Shown here: piece by piece, positions 55,973 through 64,000 of the stretch
Layout: the number at the start of each line of letters is the position of its first letter
Position numbering within the stretch: the stretch's first letter is position 1
Source: the human T2T-CHM13v2.0 reference genome, Homo sapiens
Strand: one strand, 5' to 3'
Length of the DNA stretch: 64,000 nucleotides
NCBI RefSeq assembly: GCF_009914755.1
Contig: NC_060929.1
Position numbers and translations under genes: made by a program
Notes under the pieces: generated by a model
Seen by the model: only the letters and a program-made list of their open reading frames with translations
Database searches by the model: none
Told to the model about the DNA's origin: nothing

Positions 55973-56163
55973 ACTCAATTTATTTTGCTTGTTTTTGTAT
56001 ATAAAATGAACAGTGTTCACAATTGTCATTAATTATTGCAGGCTTTATGCTTGCAATGATACATTACCCTTTAACTACCTGATAAGATAAAAAATCCCAC
56101 AACGCAATTTTCACTTCAAGTTACAATTAGAATTATTTCCTATGTTTAAAAGTAAATGTTCAG

Positions 56164-56312
56164 GGCCAGGTGCAGTGGCTCATGCCTGTAATCCCAGCAC
56201 TTTGGGAAGCCAAGGTGGGAGGATCACTTGAGCACAGGAGTTTGAGGCTGCAGTGAGCTACGATTGCACCACTGCCCTCCAGCCTGGGTGACTCTAAAAA
56301 AAAAAAAAAATT
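56164..56312 (+). mobile_element. Alu monomer (FAM/FRAM-like or internally recombined)
   Basis: TSD aaaagtaaatRttcag. Confidence 0.82.
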
Positions 56313-56561
56313 AAAAACCCTAAAAGTAAATATTCAGAAATTAACAATATGCCTGAATGGTATGTCTTCTATGTATTGCTGACATTGTTACAATGATTGG
56401 ACACCATGGGAAACCTATATGATTACATGACCAGTTCTCACCCACAGCTTAGGAATGCCAGAAATGACAGTGACATTAGCATTTGTCTATTCGCTTTCCA
56501 AAGCCCAGGCCAAGGTTGAAGTCAAAATAGCAGATTTTGGCTGAATTTGGAGGCTGAAGTT

Positions 56562-57123
56562 TGGGATGGTTAATTTTACGTGTAAACTTAACTGGGCTAA
56601 GTATTGCCCAGAAAACTGGTGAAGCATTATTTCTGGGTGTGTCTGGAGGGTGTTCTGGAAAAAACTGGCATTTGAATCAGTAGACTGAGTAAAGAAGATC
56701 ACCCTCCCCAATGCGAGTGAGCATCATCCAATCTGTTGAAGTTCTGAATAGAACAACAAAGTGAAGAAGGGCGAAGACTGCCTCCTCTGCTTGAGCTGAG
56801 ACATCCATCTCTTCTGCCCATGGACATCAGTGCATCTGGTACTTGGGTCTTTGAACTTGGACCAGGACTTACACCAGTGGTCCCCCTGTTTCTTGAACCT
56901 TTGACCTGAGATGGGGACTTACACTACTGCTTCTCTGCTTCCCATGCCTTTGGGCTTGGACTGGAACTACATGACCAGCTTTCCTGGGTCTCTGGCTTGC
57001 GACAGCAGATCATGAGACTTCTCCATCCCTATAGTCACATGAGCCAGTCCTTCATAATAATCTTTCTATATATCTACAGATATCTTATTGGCTCTGTTTC
57101 TCTAGAGAGCTCTGATTAATGCA
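56562..57123 (+). mobile_element. MLT2 (ERV-L) solo LTR
   Basis: gatggttaattttacgtgt...gcatttgaatcagtagactgagtaaag...tattggctctgtttctctagagag. Confidence 0.82.
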
Positions 57124-57949
57124 AAGTTGAATGTCTATGTGTTTTAAATTATAATAGAGAATGGTATTAACTACTCCATTCATTCAGAAAGAAGTGGTAT
57201 GGAGAGTTGAGGGGGACAAAGGGCTGCAGGGGTTGGATCACTTAACCCAGTCTCTGGTGACCCTGGATAAGCTTCATGAGAGAGATGAAATCTAAGGTTG
57301 GGCCCTGAAGGAAGAGTAGCAGTTAGCTAGGTAGGGGTGAGGAAGAGTGTTTCAGGCTGAAGGACCAGCGTGTGTGAAGGCTCAGAGGAGAGAGAGAGAG
57401 AGAAAGTGATGTCTGGAGAGAGAGGGAAAGTGATGCCTGGTGTGTTCTGGAAACTGAAGAAGTTTAGAGTGGCTGTAGCACAGCAAACAAGCATTGTGTG
57501 GTGTGTGTGTTGGGGGTGGAACGGAGCTGAGAGTGGTGGAAAATGGGTTGAAACAGAAGATAGGGCTCAAGGTCATGGTGAATTGTGCAGCCTTTCACAG
57601 GACTTGGGCTTCCTCCTGAATGTGGCGAGGGCCATGGCTGAGTTTTGGGTCAGGCAGGGCTCAGGGCTGTGCTTTAAAAAGGCTGCCAGAACAGGCAGTG
57701 TGGGATGGACTGGAGGCACTGGTTGCGGCTGGCGTCTTCCAGAGGAGGGAGCAGAGCAAGGAGCAACAGTGGAGGTTGGTGAGGGTGCTCTCCCCAGGGC
57801 CCCAAGACCCTTTCTGCTGATGGCTGAGTAACACCAGCCTTTTTCTGCCCTCACCTCCTCTGATGGTAAGGGTAAAGTAAGGGTAATGATTCCACATTCT
57901 CATTTTCCTGCCTGCCCATTGGCCCTGCCTCAAGTTCTTTCCAGGCCTT

Positions 57950-60250
<2,301 letters not shown>

Positions 60251-60279
60251 GGTAAAGTTTTAAGAATTGTACCACTGCA

Positions 60280-60600
60280 GCAGGGCAGGGGAGTCCTCTG
60301 AGCGGGTGAGGAAAGCAGGACGAGGTGGAGGGAGACGTTGAACTGCTACGCAGTGGAGACAAAGTCCTTGGCCAATTCCATGAGCGTTTCCACAGCTGGG
60401 ATGGCACTTCCAGGTTGTTTGAATGGAAGCAAGGAGACCAGTCACTGGACACGGGCTGCCCCTGCGGAGGGGTGTAGCCTTGAAGGAGGCAGCTCACCTT
60501 AGCTGAAGGCAATTCCTGGAAACAACTCTGCTATGTGCCATCATCAGGTAATACTCCAGGCAGCTGGGAAATGAGTGCTTTGGTCTTGAAGAAAAATCTT
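60280..60600 (-). mobile_element. ERV-L LTR (LTR33/LTR16-like), probable 5' LTR of the adjacent provirus
   Basis: gttgaactgctacgcagt...cagctgggatggc...gaccagtcactggacacgggctgcccc. Confidence 0.55.
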
Positions 60601-60778
60601 AGGAAAATTAAGTGCAATTGAAAAAATTATGTCATTTCCCAGGCAATTCATAAAATCATTGTTGGTCACATTTTCCCTAGTCATCTAAGTGTCATCTGAC
60701 CCCCTTAGCATCCCTTAAACATTTTGCAAAGGGCAATGCATACGCTTCATTTCAAACAGCTTTACTAGAGTGCATTGA

Positions 60779-61169
<391 letters not shown>

Positions 61170-62458
61170 TAGGTGAGGAAACTGAGGTGCAGAGAGATGA
61201 AGTTGGTGGGGCATGCTCAAGTACATTCTTCAGGTCTCTGATGCTAAATTGTGCTTTTCCTTTTAGCCCCAGAGTTCCCTCCAGAGGCAAAGCAGGGATT
61301 CTCAACACAGTTTGCTAATGAAGAAACCAAGATACAGACAGGGGCAGAGGGGGCTAGCAGTGGAAGGGGAAACCAGGGCATTGTTGGGTTTGGAACAAGG
61401 GCTCTGACTCGAGGCCGGAGCCATGTCTCTCAGTGTTGGGTCCCTGAACGGGCTTGCGAGGCCCTGAAAGTAACAGTATGGTGGGCTGGGAGGCCAGTGG
61501 CCCCAGAGTCAGGAGGTCATCACCCTGCCCTGCCCTGACCTCAGTTTCTCACACCAACCAAGGGGTCACGGGGGAAGGGACTTTATGGCCGACGGGATTT
61601 ATGGCAGAGACAACAGTTTGTTCTCTGAGCTGCCCTGCTCTGGCCTGAGCCACCCAGGGAGCAGTTTAACACACACCCTGCAGCCCCAAATGGGGTTTCC
61701 AGCTGGAGCTCTGGGGCCCACCCCTTAGCTGGAGCCTGAGATGACCGCTTTGCCCATCTGTGCAAGACAGGAACTTATGGGGCTCGCCTGCTCCTGTGAA
61801 CCCTCCATGAGCCCCGGAGAAAGAGGGAGCAGCTTAGAGGGCCCTCCCTGCTCCCCCTACACAAGCTCGTTTATGGCCCTGAGGCCCCTCAATTCCAATA
61901 GGATTGTCAACTATGCTTTCCTACTAACTGAAGACTACCCTCAGTTCTCTATTCCTTAAACTCCAGCCGCTCATGTCCCCCACCTGCTGAATGTCTCCCT
62001 AGGGATCCCACAGGAACTGCCAACCCCGCATGCCCACTGCTGCGGGGCATGCGCAGTGAACTGCCCACTGCTTCCCCTTCTCCTCCCTTGTTCTCGGGCA
62101 ATGGTATCTCCACTTATCCATTCTCTCAAGCCAGACACAGGAGTCTTCCTTGACCCCATCATCTTCTTTCTGTCATTACGTCCTGCCAGTGCCACTTTAA
62201 CAATGCCACCCACATCTATAGACCTCTTTCCATTTCCATCACACCTACCTTGTTCCAAATGGCCTTCACTTCTAGAAACATTAATCAGAACATATATCAT
62301 TCCCTGGGTTAAACCACTTCAGTTTCTCCTCATTGCCCAGAGCTCTGCTTCTCAAACTGGATGCCTGATAGCATCGGAGGGAGTACACAATGTCACAAGT
62401 AGATATGAGGAATCTCCCTAAGTGCCAATATTACTTGAGAATTTTGAGGAAAAGCCAA

Positions 62459-63759
<1,301 letters not shown>

Positions 63760-63803
63760 TAAATTTTTATTTAACCAAAAAAAAAAAAAAAAAAAAAAAA
63801 AAA

Positions 63804-64000
63804 CCAGAATCAATAGGATGTGGGTATAGATATATAGACGCAGACAGATTTATTTTAAGGAATTGGCTTATGTGATTGTCGGGGCTGGCAAGTCTAAAAT
63901 CTGCAGGGCAGACTGACAGGCTGGAGACGCATGGAAGAGTTGATGCTACAACTGGAGCCTAAAGACCGTCTGGAAAATTTCTTCTTTCTTGGGGAAACTC
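63804..64000 (-). mobile_element. MLT2-like LTR, running off the window end
   Basis: agatttattttaaggaattggcttatgtgattgt...ggcaagtctaaaatctgcagggcag. Confidence 0.75.

Overview
Primate (very likely human) genomic DNA. It holds the last two coding exons of FGF18 on the + strand (1482-1588 and 8892-9158), the last intron with an internal CpG island, and a 3'UTR ending near 9975. The following ~54 kb has no other supportable protein-coding gene. It is mostly Alu, MIR, L2, L1, LTR and DNA-transposon fossils, plus a decayed ERV-L provirus, interspersed with repeat-free blocks rich in developmental TF and CTCF motifs. I found no evidence of a new multi-gene system. The most striking structures are: (1) a sense-oriented ERV1 solo LTR inserted, with a 4-bp TSD, into the polypyrimidine tract of the last FGF18 splice acceptor; (2) a nested AluJ insertion that captured an inverted copy of nearby unique DNA; (3) a local ~125-bp templated duplication; (4) candidate cis-regulatory and CTCF elements. 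Repeat subfamily names come from recalled consensus sequences, not a search, and repeat boundaries are approximate.
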